A stretch of DNA of 64,000 bases, taken from Ylistrum balloti. Its lineage: Eukaryota. The translations under genes and the position numbers were made by a program. The stretch is taken from contig NW_026781968.1 in assembly GCF_031769215.1 (NCBI RefSeq), positions 620,001 to 684,000 on the forward strand, given 5' to 3'. Positions 1-12,480 of this stretch are shown here, piece after piece. How positions within the stretch are numbered: the stretch's first letter is position 1; each line of letters starts with the position of its first letter. Below the pieces are notes generated by a model. The model had not been told where the DNA came from and did no database searches. It worked only from the letters and a program-made list of their open reading frames with translations.

Positions 1-1216
1 ATCTGTATCTTCAACATACATGTAATTACATTAATATAAATTAACCTGAAGAAAAAAATGATCAAAATAATGGTTTATAACTTGCTCAAATTTCCGCAGT
101 CAAGAGTGAAAAGCATCATGTGCTGTATGTGAAGTTTGTGTACTGCGCTACTACTGTACGTTGTGTGTGTAATTATAGATCAAGCGGTTATCAATGTAAG
201 CTTGGCGTATACTTCATATAAAACCATGTATCCTTTTGACATTTCTCAAAATTTTCATATTCTGTAGTTTAACTGATTGGATAGTTGTTATCACTTGCCC
301 TCATATTTACTTACAGTTGTTTTTTAAGTTTCATTTTGTAATATTCAGTGTCACCAATTGTAACTCTCATGATTTCATCAGGTCAGTCTGATATTGTCTA
401 TATCATGACCAGCTCAAATCATTACTTTTATTCAATTACTTTTACACAGAATTTAAAAACTAAAAGTTCAGTTTTAGGTTCTGAAATATAGTGAAAACAA
501 TGTTCAAACGTAACATAAAACATTAACTCATCACCCAACGCCAACAGATATAACTTTAGAATGGAACTGGTTGTCAGATCTGCTTACCTGATAACCCTAT
601 ACAACACCCTGTCACCCCTATTCTTAATTACCATGTCCAGGTATTATTTGACAAGAGGATGGTGACACTAAATATGATTGTATTGTGAGTGATATTTTAG
701 TATAATGACATCACATGTTCAAGGCACTGTAGTTTACTTGATTCTTTCTTACATGTTGTATACTGTGTAAACATTCAGAAAAATCTTTTTAGGAGATTGA
801 TTTGTTTTCTTTCTTTTTTTTAAATGAAATGATCAAAATTTAATTGCTCAGTAAAAGCAAGTATCAAATGCCTGAAAAAATATCACTTTTACTTAAAACA
901 GAAATAAATATCATACAGAAGATATTTAGATTAATGATAAACTAGGAGATACCATTAGGCAGTTAATCATTGGCCCTACAAAAACATAACCTTTATATTA
1001 ATGACCTGATAATACTTAGTGTTATTAATCTTCATTTATCATTAAATTGTAAAATAAAATTTTCTGTTACCCTTCACAAGTTTTCTAGGTGAATAGCATT
1101 AAACAATAATTAAGAACATATCACAATTCCACATCACAATAATCTGTTACCTAAATAATAATGACTCACTGAACTGTCTTCACAGCCATTTACACGACTT
1201 GTTCATTATGTTTCAG

Positions 1217-1270
1217 ATTTATCCTGATGGAACTTCTGTGAATGTTACCAAGGACACCAATAAGAACTAA
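1217..1270 (+). other. possible terminal coding exon of an unidentified plus-strand gene (IYPDGTSVNVTKDTNKN*)
   Basis: Good acceptor (ttatgtttcag), a 17-codon open frame to TAA and an AATAAA near 1325. No upstream exon confidently linked and no recognisable homology. Confidence 0.2.
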
Positions 1271-3332
1271 CTACATCCCAGGGCCTCACATACATGTACA
1301 TGCAAGAACCATTAATAGTGTTGGAATAAAAATGATCAATTTTCAGACACATCCAAAAACAATGAACAACAAAATAAAGCAAGAATCAGGTCTGCCACAA
1401 CTTAAGACAAAGATGCAAAATTATTCTTGTACAACAAAGGCGTAAAAAGGTGTATACTCAATCTAATTAAAATTAGATCCAGCATTTCAACAAACTTATT
1501 GCTTTCTTTTTCCTGCATAAAAATCTCCTTACCAGCATATCAGTTCAAACTCAATTAACTTCACTAGCCTTTGAATTCAAACACCATCTTTTAAAGATAG
1601 ATGGAAAGTTGTTTTGATACCTGGAGTGAAGGAGAGGCGATGTACCTCAGTTGTTGTTAAGATTTCAATGCAGGTAAGAGAAATTTATAGAAAGAAATGC
1701 AAGATTTAATTTTATTATTTAGATTGGTGCTTATTAACTGGCTGGGTACATCTGAAGGTGACAACAATTCATTCTAAAATGATAGTAAGGGTTACCTCCT
1801 CTTGTTGCTCTGCTGTAGTTGGCTTTAAAATATTTTAAATTTCTATTGAACAATGTACAAATGTATTGTTATATCTGAATATCTGAAATGTGGTTAACAA
1901 AGTCCTGAACTAAAATTGAATAATCCCAGAGTTTAGAATGTTAACTTAAGATCTTTAAAATTATGAATTTTATATACGAACTATATATAACTAAGCAACA
2001 TACATTGATTTGCAAGCATTGAAGGTCCAGCTTGATTTTTAAAATATTTATTTCCCTAAATTTTCATTTTCCTTACTTGATATCCTTTAATTATGATAAA
2101 GTTGAATTTCATGATTGTTGAAGAAGATCCTAGTTTAGTAAGAAGAAAGTCTAATAAAATATATATATATGAATTTGTTATGTATCAAATAATTTAACAT
2201 TGTGTACAGTTTATAGAAGAACTCTGTATTGCTACAATTTTATATCTAATTAAGGGATTGACAAAATTTCAAGAAATTAAATCTACATAATTTCAAGGTG
2301 TACATATCTACTGGCAAAATTTGGATGTCAAGGATCATATTCCAAAGTTAACTTTGATTCCACTAAAATCAAATAAAAAGGAAAAAAAAGTCATGCTCGG
2401 TTCATCAAAGTTTTTAAAACTTAGTGTAAAATAACTTTTATATATTTACCGGGTATATACTGGTTTCAGTGACAGAGATTCTGCTGATTTTTCTATGAAA
2501 AACATTGCCATTATATATGTACATACATTGAAACTTCAAATTTATTCAAGCTTTTCTTGCTTTGTTTATCTTATTGTCTTTATTGATCTGATTCATCTAT
2601 TTAATATCTTAATATAGTGGACAGCAAGGATCATATTGAGGCAGGGTTTCCTTGTAGTAGATGGTGGCGTTCTCATTGAACAACATATGGGATGCCTGTT
2701 ACATGCCATCCAGAGTAATAAGGGTTTCTTTCCTAAGGTTACAACACATCAGCAAAGACTATTCTGTTTCTAAGCTTCCAGAGAAGCACAAACTGCTACA
2801 AGAACCCTTTAGCAGACTGAGCTATTGCAGTCCCATTAAGTTTACAATGGGTGAGTCTATAAATATGAAGGGGTAACAGGATATTTATACCAGCTTATTG
2901 ATGATGAAATACTGCATAATAACATATATTAAAGCATACTGCCTTTAAACAATTCAGTTGCATCCATTAAAAGTTGAAATGTGAAAAAAGCCGAAATTGA
3001 ATCTTAAATGAAATTTTCTAGTCGCATTCAAAGTGTTTAAACATTCCGCATAAAATTCCTGCTTGGTAACAAAATCTTCAGCAAAAGGCAATTTCAAAGT
3101 GTAAAGATTTCAAATGGATTGATCACACATATATGTCAAATGATGATTGTGTGAATTAAATATTTTCTTCAATTAATGTAAAACCTGTTCAATTGAAGTG
3201 GTCAGTATTCATTGTAGGTCCGTAAATAGTTAGTCCTTCCTGAGATTTGAAAGTATTGTTAATTTGAAAAGAACAATGAAATGAATTTAAGAAGAAATGC
3301 TTATGTAAATGCAGTTGTAATGACATACTCAC

Positions 3333-6300
3333 AATGACTCGATTAAGGTTACGCAAGACCATTTTGTGCATGTGTGCAACCAAGCGGAACTGTTGAAATA
3401 CTATCATAAGTAATTCCAGTAGAAATCTTGGCTGGTTATTATTAGCCAGTATTTCCCCCTGTTGGCAAGAACTGAAAACAAGGGTAGATAATTAATAGAA
3501 TTCATCAAATATCATTTTCTTTTGTAAATCCACATATTTAAGTACATATGCTTCAAACAAGGAATAATTCTGCACTGCAGAAACAGTTGAGAATATGTTG
3601 ACAAGGAAGTTTTAGTTATAATGTACTTTACATTATCAACTTCCATTCAATAACGAAGTAAAGGCATTCACAACTGTTAGTAAAGAAAATAAATATTACC
3701 ATACAAATCTCTATATTTATATTATGTTTAATCAAAGTTGATACCATGACGTACACATATCTACTGATAAATAGCTAGTTTATCTACAAATATTTATGAA
3801 GATATTTGGTTTGATTGTTTAGTTGGCTTATAGCCCCAAGAACAACCAGCATCATTTTGATGTGCTGTCCCTTGTTGCAAAGCCTGGCTACTTCAATAAT
3901 AACATAAAGGTGGCCCATTTATTGCTGTCTAGAGCAATAATGGTGAAGTATCTTACACATGGACAAAACCATCACACCACAGAGTAGTCTCTTTCTCAGC
4001 TTCCTGAGAACACAAACTTCCACAGCTGGGAAATGTCTCATCCAACACATTTGATCATCAACTGATGTTACACAGGTCAATGTTCTATTAACTAGACTAT
4101 TAATTTTCCCTCATGAAGATAACACGTATACATCGGGGTGTAATTTTAAAGATAGTGGATCACACCATGATGTTTACACAGAAATCAACAAAATAGTGAT
4201 GTCTGATAAAAGAAACTTACTTTTCCACCACCTGCTGTGAGGCTCTGGCTACTATAGCAGACAACTCTGGTTGTATCCTCACCTTCAACCCCTGAAATGT
4301 CAATAAACTTTGCCTGATCAAGGGTTCACATTTAATGTAATCAAAATTCATAATCTGCATGTTTCAGCTTATTTGCAACATAAGCAATACTTAATTATTT
4401 TTCACTGAAAATACATAAAAAGTGAAATGAAACTTTTAGATCCCTGTGACAATGAAACTGAGTCAAATATCATTCATTTAGCTTAATATCAATGTTCAAC
4501 TCACTGGCCTTCATTGGAGTTAAATAACAATTAAATGCTCACAATCTCAGATACTAGGATTCATACAATGAAACATAAAACACAGACACACAGACAGCCT
4601 GTGTGATCCAAACTAGAAATATAACCCTAAGATAATACATTGAATTCACTAATATTGTCAAACTGAACACCTGTATATCTTTTGGATATCTCATTGTGAG
4701 AAGAGAAGATTAATAATACAGATTTTTCGCAAGGAACGAAATTTTAATTCTTAAGTGGTTAATAGTGCAAAACTGTTTATGACATAAAACTTACTTATAA
4801 AAGGTAAACACTGGTAGGCCTGAGAGTCCACAACAGCATCCCCAAATGTGAAAAATTACATAACTGCAGCTATATGCAGGGAATATGGCCATGTAAACCC
4901 TAATGTATCTACCCTGAACATGGTGGTATGGTATTGTGAAAAGGCATTTTCCCACATTTATTTCAACTTAACAGAACTATAAAATTAAACAAAACATATC
5001 TTACCTCAGCTCCTTCTGGAACTTTTTTCAGGACAAAGAGAGATTGAACTAAGAGAGCAATGAAGTGAGAGGGATTATCTTCTGGGTTAGAGTTCAAATC
5101 CTCTTTTATCTCCTCTCTGGTATATGTCTCTATAGCAGGGAACATATCCTGTCCTGACCCTGGAACATATTGGACGTAACAAATTGTGTCTTAATTAATT
5201 CTAAAGCATGGCTTTCAAATATATTTCCTCCAAATTACTCCTTAAAATTATGCTATAGTCACCAAGAAAAAGTTCTTTGGAGTATCCCAGTATGTATCAA
5301 ATTCAATGTTACCTAACCATCCTATGTACCATAGCAATATTAAAATAAGGCACATTCCAATAAGTTAGCAGGGCAATCATAACTTTTTCACAAACTTTCA
5401 TGTGTTCAGTGCCTACATTAATGAAAATGGAGCTAAATTAAAAGTAGAATCAAAGTCAGTGAATACAGGTATCAGTGGCCTACACATACATGTATCTAGA
5501 TTTAAAACAATGACAAAAGTGCAAAATCTGAAAAAACTGTAAATAGGTATGTAATACAGGGTTATGAGTATGTAGCACAATGGACACAAAATATCTACCA
5601 ACAAGAAAATATGTATAACACAATTCTTTTTCAAACTGTTTTTTGACAATAAACTTTACGTCGTTATGCTAGATCTATTCAGTAAAGTCACATTTAAGAT
5701 ATCATCTTACGTTTCTTACGCTCCAGTGAGGGGTAGTCCCCCTGTCGTGTGAGAGAGTCTGTGCGTCGATAGCTGGGTTTCTGGGTAGCAGGGACTGTCA
5801 CATAGATTTGTTTATTGAGTCCAGCAATCAGCACTTCATGTAGTTGCTGCAATTTAATTCATCTTCAATATAATTGTTTTTTCAGATTAAAAACTTTTTT
5901 TACTAGATACAAACAGATTTTAGTTCCCAGTTACCTGAACAGTACCACACATCTTCAATATTATAGTAGATGGGTAGTGTTTAATCTCACAAAACAAATT
6001 GGATGATATCCATAGCAAATCCCTTTTTTCTTTTGATGGAATAGTAATACTATATTCCTGATTCAATACTTAGAATTAATATATCTGTCACTGATAATAC
6101 AAAATTTTATTTGATTGACATGATGATTTATGGAGTGAAGATGGGCAATTCTCATTGGCAGAAATTTCATGTTACAGAACACTTACAGCAGCATGCAATT
6201 TGATGTTTTATCATCTTTGCAGGGTACAATTTGATGTTTAATTAAATAAATTAGGATTGATACTTTACTGAAAAGGTATTAAAAATTCATATTATCTTTG

Positions 6301-9300
6301 CGTTTCTTTATTTATGCAGCCAAACTTTCAATGCAACATTTCAGGCATAAAATAGGACATATCTGCAAATGTTAACTGGCCAAACTGATAAATGATGATT
6401 TTTTATTTTAATTAGTATGCAGAAATCAGTGCAAAAATGAACAAAAACTGTAAATACCGCCTTTCGCGTGGTCAGCTCTGACTTCAGATCTCTTAAGGCC
6501 ATCACTCCTGACAATGGGTCTTCCAATTTGTCAACTGATAAAATATAAATAAAACAGCACAACTGTTCAATCACAAGAAACAGATAATTGATAAACAGTT
6601 TTAGTTTTCAAATTTTCAAGTGATACATATACCAGGTAGGTACATTCATCTTCACCAAAGAAAATAAACAAAACGGTTACATGTTTATCAAGTATGTTGA
6701 ACATCACTTGACTGGATGCAAATGTATTTTTATATCTATGGTACAGATAAAAATACTTTGTTACATAGAAATATGGAGTTAATGTATCAGTTCTCTATAT
6801 ATGTTATCAACTTGAAGATTATGAAAGATGAGAATGGCTAACATAAAATGCAAAGCCTATATTTCAGTTCTACATTAACAGGCCAGATTTTATGAAAATT
6901 TTCATTCTATATAAACCAACTCATAAGATAGTCAAACACTCTGATGGACATCCCTGATACTCTATTCTAGAATGTACTCTTAATTATCTCCCTTTGACCA
7001 TTTCACTTGTTTGACATACACTCTAACCTACCTGCTTGAACCACCAAATTAGTGGCATGAAGATAGTGTTTTGTCAGCAAGAAGTTATCCAGTTTGGTGG
7101 GAACCTCCTTGATTTGTTCTCTGAAATAGTTACAGTGATAATGATTTCTAGTTACAAATGGATAACATTTTATATACTGATAGATTCAATACCAATTCTC
7201 CACTAATTCAATTTGCAAATAAGAAATTATTTACTTATTTACATGAAATAGCAGATACATGTGTATCAGGAAACACAAGGAAAATAATGGACTTCATCAC
7301 TACTAAACAGAACTGAAATGGTCTATTGATCAAATAGAGATTCAATATAAGATAATTCTGAAGAGCTAAAAAAAATTAATAACATTACCGAAACTAAAGA
7401 AAAGTATGTGAATTTCTTGTGCTTACATTTGATCAAGGAGGGAGACCATAGTTTTGTGTTCGACTCCTTCAATCCAAAGTCGACGAAGTTCATCCCGTTT
7501 ACAATGGAGTAATGTTTTACAGCTGCTCAAATCTTCTTTTATCTTCTTTATCTTATCACGTGACTCTGTAATGGTGTAAACATCTTATAAGGTATGACGA
7601 AATTGTGAAGCATTAATATTTCATATTGTAATACTAAGAGGCAACAAAGAGAGGGCCCACATCATACACTTTGATAGTTTACCAACAATGACAAAATATT
7701 CTCTTAAATGTATACACAATAAATATGAAATATTTCCCCGTCTACGGATCTCCCTCTCAGCAGTATGGTCGCAAATACTTTTTCTTATAATGAAGCATCT
7801 ATTCCTTTTTCAAAAAAGATCTTTCATAGTCATTTCAGTTTAAATACACCAAATTTCATCTGTCTTTATTACCCTTTGGCCATGAAAATCTGTCACATGG
7901 GCCACTGGACTTTTACAACTTAATTGGTTTATTCCAATAATTATTGACATACATTTTAATTAATAAAACTTACAAACAACCATTACAAATCAGACACAGT
8001 AAGTCCAAATATCCTCAATAGGTCAATGCACAAATCATGAATGTCTTACCATATATTTTCTTGCTTATGGTACTAAAGGCTTGTGTGATTCTTGTTAGGT
8101 CTTCATAATTCTCTGGAATGGAAAACAAATTGAAAAATATGCAACAGAACACCACAGAAAATTTTCTTTATCATGATATTTTAGATAATTTTGTAATAAT
8201 AATGATAATAATAATAATAATAACAAATTCTTTTATCTCAACAGTAAAGCATATTTAGACTTGCGTCTAGTTTACAATATGGCCCTGTAAAACACATATT
8301 TACATCAGCATATTACGGATGAATACAAAACATTAACATGTTGACATGGCAATACATGATAGACAAAATATATTAAATAAGATACTTCAGTAAGTATGGA
8401 TAAGAACAGTTCATCATTTGGTTGCATAAAAAAAAAATCAAATTAAGTATCAAAAGTTTTCTGTGCATAATAGATATGATTTATGAAATAATTAAATACA
8501 CATTACAAAATTAATACAGTACCATCACAGATGAGCCTAGAATTGACAAATACATTTCATGAAGTTGGATTAAAATAGTTTTTCAGGTACAGTTTTTTAA
8601 AAGACAAAACTTTTGTTGCATTCCTGATCTCTTCACTAAGATTACTCCAAAGGGACATGCATGAATATTTAAAAGAATGTTTGTAAAAAGTAGTTCTGCA
8701 CTTGGGAATATATAAGTTGTTTGAACTAAGAGAACAGGTTGTCCTGCTTGAAAGTTGACTGACATAGTTAAATATATCAGTCTATTGTAATGCTATTCTC
8801 AGGAATGTTTGCAAAGAAATAAAAGTTATATGATAAATGGAATCCAACAATTCTTTCCATTTATATGAGATTTATGAAGCTCATCACCAAAGGCTTGGAA
8901 AATGAAAAATTCTGAAACTTGTTTCATCAATCTGATATTAATGGAAATTCATTATTAGATATACAGATTTCAATAATAAGGAATATAAAGTTTGTGGATG
9001 CTTTTACAATTACCTGTCACCAGCTCTCCAAGACACTTGTCACTTTGTCTAAAAGCTTTCTCAATTCTTGCTTTCTCCTTTTCTCTTTGTTCAAAGTCGG
9101 CACTGGTTGAAAGTGTACGAACTATCATCATCAGGAAATCAGACTGAAACAAAGGTATATTAAGTATCTTAGTATATTGCAAACAATATATGAAGGGAAA
9201 CATTTATAGTTTCATAATACTGTTACAATAAAGTTTACTATTAAGGAGACCTTAAATAAAATCCACAGTAAATGGAAAGCAGTACAGAGTTTTTCTTAAT

Positions 9301-10314
9301 ATTTTTGTTCATTAAATTATATAGCTACTGTAAAGAATTTTGTCAAAACTTTAAAAAATAAATCCCTATTAAAATTGTTTAGGCACTGTTTGGCTTCATA
9401 TTTTTCAGAAAGTTTTGTAATAGTTGGAGATTACTATTCAGACAGTCTCAACTTTGTGTCTATAAATCAAAACTAGCTCTGCATTAAGTAAGATTTCCTC
9501 AGTGTCAACACAGATGTTCATGTTGTGGAGTCAGGTATTCAGAATCAGATTTTTCATTCAAAGGTGTAGTTTCAGTTTAAATAAGTGATACTCCAGCATT
9601 TTTTTAGTTGGTAAAAATTACTTTCATAAATTAGCAAATAGAGGAAATCTACTGTTTTTTGAAAGGTTAGTTATGTACTTTATGAGCAAAAAGGTTCATA
9701 AACACAGCAATACTATTTAACTAGAACTTCTTCGCTAAAGCGTTGCAAAGAGATATAGGCAATTCCTTATCAACGTATTATACATCCTTGTATAAAATTA
9801 CTAAACATCAACAAACATCGGCTTGAAAAGGTTGGGCACAACCCTACATATGAGTAACAGTCATGTAGTTGAGGGATAGTTATCGCTTTGAGTAGTCAAT
9901 TTGTTACCCTAATACATGGTCAGATACACATTAAGTTCGTTTAAACATTTGAAACAAAAAATTGTACCATATTTTTTTTATATAGCCTATTGGGCGCTTT
10001 CTGTAATTTGCACTACCACAGAAAGACTGTCTCTTGTAAATTCAAAGTTTTCATAAATATATATGTTTAAGATTCATTTCGATCGGCAGATTGTACAGCA
10101 TCTGTTACTATGCAGTCGTATAGTGCCAGGAATACATGGGCCCCGGGGGACTGACCACAGAAATATCTTGGAATAGGTGTATGTGAATCAGTGTATGTCA
10201 TGCACTTCTAAAATCTAGATGTGCAACAAAATATATAAACATAGAAAACCAATTTACCGTTTCTCTTCCTTTAGAGGAAGGGGAAGGATAAATTTCCCCT
10301 CCATCTGAAGCCAT
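3333..10314 (-). CDS. EXOC4: exocyst complex component 4 (Sec8), 5' part; gene continues beyond the left edge of the window
   Basis: Ten GT-AG exons join in frame: 10314-10258, 9143-9014, 8112-8050, 7565-7427, 7120-7032, 6534-6458, 5846-5711, 5159-5005, 4291-4221, 3471-3333 (1056 nt, 352 codons). Translation includes [72 protein letters not shown] and [10 protein letters not shown], collinear with remembered human EXOC4 ([75 protein letters not shown]). Confidence 0.96.
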
Positions 10315-10606
10315 CTTGTAAAGTAAACCTGTTTTTTTTCTACTTCTCGATGTTTTCTTGCAAACCAACCCACTTCCGCTTATCACTAATTTATCTTCCA
10401 ACATGAAGAGTTCCGATCAGTAAAGCGATAAATTACAGGCATAGAAATATCATTTAACTAAATCGTCGAGTGAATTAAATTGAATACTGACTAAAGACAA
10501 TATCATGTTACACAATATGATACACTTATAATGATAATGTAAAAGTGAATGTATATACAATGATACATATGTTATCGACTATTTTGCACCGTTTGCATGG
10601 TTCGAG
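10315..10606. promoter_or_regulatory. putative bidirectional promoter between EXOC4 and the iRhom-like gene
   Basis: The EXOC4 ATG (10314, minus) and a plus-strand first-exon candidate ending at a strong donor (TTAG|gtgag, 10643) lie about 300 bp apart, head to head. Local CpG content looks higher than in the flanks. Confidence 0.55.
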
Positions 10607-11529
10607 ATGGAAAATTGTCGTCTGCTTCAGAGCAAGGCCTTAGGTGAGATTTAACGGAGGGTAATACTTTTGATGTTAGCCCTATATATTGTACATTAAG
10701 TATATATATTTTTCATACGAGAAACATATTAATATTTTTATGCTAAATTTAAAAAAACATTAAGGGGCATTTTCTTAGCTGCGGGCACGCCGGTAGGTAC
10801 ACAGTACGTCGCATTAATTATTTATTTCAATTCAACAGAACGGATGATTCGTTTGATTGATATATATGTTAATATGCATGACTGAAAATATATTGTATTT
10901 GTTTCAAAGGATTCACCACAACTATAACAAAAACGGAAATTTTATTTGTTTTATCGCGGAATTGGAATTTTATTTTAAGTCCTAGTTTTTATGTTTTATT
11001 TATTTTAATTATTGTTTGGCTTAATTGTATCTAAATTTAAATCTGAATAAAAAGATGTTATATATATATATATATATATTGACTTGAGTGTCCTTTGCAC
11101 AACAAAACAACCCTAGATGGTTGACATGATTGGCCTAAAATGAAAATTACCAAATTTTTCAAATGTAGCCTATACTTGATCATCCTTATCATTAGCAATG
11201 TATTTTTAACTGTATAAGTGTCTTTGATTATGTTTTAAAGCATTGATACTTAAAGAGCTATGTAGACATTTTGTTTTGTATATATACTGCTTTGTTGTTA
11301 GAATAACTTCATTGTTGACTCGGTTTCTAGGTAAGTATTTATTATAAGACATCCAAAAACAAAAGATTTCTTGTTGAAAGAGAAAGGAATCTAGAGAATT
11401 TCTAAAAGTGTTTCTAAACTTTGTAACAATTTTTGCACTTCTTGACATTCCCATATTATATGGATAACTGTTTCAGGTTCAGAGTGCACATTGAGGGGAG
11501 ATAACTGTTCTAATCTCAAACAAAAATGA
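10607..11529 (+). other. candidate 5' leader exons of the iRhom-like gene carrying a spliced uORF (10607-10643 and 11477-11529)
   Basis: ATG at 10607, donor at 10643, acceptor tgtttcag at 11476. The joined frame reads MENCRLLQSKALGSECTLRGDNCSNLKQK* with the stop at the last three bases before gttagt. Confidence 0.4.
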
Positions 11530-12159
11530 GTTAGTAGTTATTATGTGGTGAACAACTCTGTATTGGAACCACTGAAGTTTTATTTCAGTGGTGACAAGAA
11601 ATGGCATTTTGCAATATTTCCCCCAGGTTTATTTGTCAATGTCCTCAAATAGCATATTCCATTTTTTGGTTCCTGATGAAATGAGATTAGACTTTATTAA
11701 TGTTTCATAGAAAAATTAAGGACCATTTCTGTCCTTAAAAAAAGGTTTTAAGTTATTAGGAATGTAAGGATAACATAATGTAGATCTAGGAAATTGTATG
11801 TTATGTGAAGAAATACATTTTTTTACTGAGGAAAGAAGATTCTGGTATTATAAAAAGGCATTAACATAAAACTGCTTTGACATTTGTGATAAATCCAAAT
11901 TGTTCAAATAAATCAGTAATACTCCCATGATCACCAAACCTGCTTAAAGGTTATACAAGCTAGAATATTGACACATATATGTTCTCAATTCAATATTTTA
12001 CCTTATATAACTAGTATAAACTAGGATAACCTGAATTGTCAAAATTTGTATTTCAGTTTCAATATTTCACTTGTAAATTAATGTATCAGCCACTGGACCT
12101 TGTTAATGAATATTGAGCAATGCTAATGTAACAGAGGTCATATATATTTTCAATGTCTC

Positions 12160-12480
12160 CGTTAGGATTTGATTCGGGACCTTTAGCTGCTAGTCTGACG
12201 CTTAACCCATCAAGCTACAGCGATTTCTGTAGCCAAGCAGTATATTGTGGCTGGTATTTTACATACTCCCCAGCCAGGAAACTACCGGTACCTGTCCTCG
12301 AGATTCAAGTTTCCAGGTGTTACAACAATGCTTGTCGATGTAACTCTAAATATCACTCCAGATTTCCTACATGGGCCCTAATGTAGCATGGATCCTTATT
12401 TATTTCATTGTCTCTGCTAGAATTTCTACCCCAAAACCTCTGGCTACTAGTCTGACCATCAACCGATGGAGTTAAAGAAA
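12160..12480 (-). mobile_element. tRNA-derived SINE-like fragments (two degenerate heads about 250 bp apart)
   Basis: The minus strand reads TAGCTTGATGGGTTAAGCGTCAGACTAGCAGCTAAAGGTCCCGAATCAAATCC (degenerate A and B boxes) at about 12225-12165. A more eroded copy (GGTCAGACTAGTAGCCAGAGG) lies at about 12470-12420. Confidence 0.45.

Noticed and set aside
588-596. 9-nt microexon (tag|GGTTATCAG|gtaagc, minus strand) in the EXOC4 intron
   Set aside because: The splice signals are plausible, but no homology supports it, and such matches arise by chance.
12160-12230. tRNA gene
   Set aside because: The B box is degenerate (GAATCAAATCC) and no complete cloverleaf can be drawn; a SINE head fits better.
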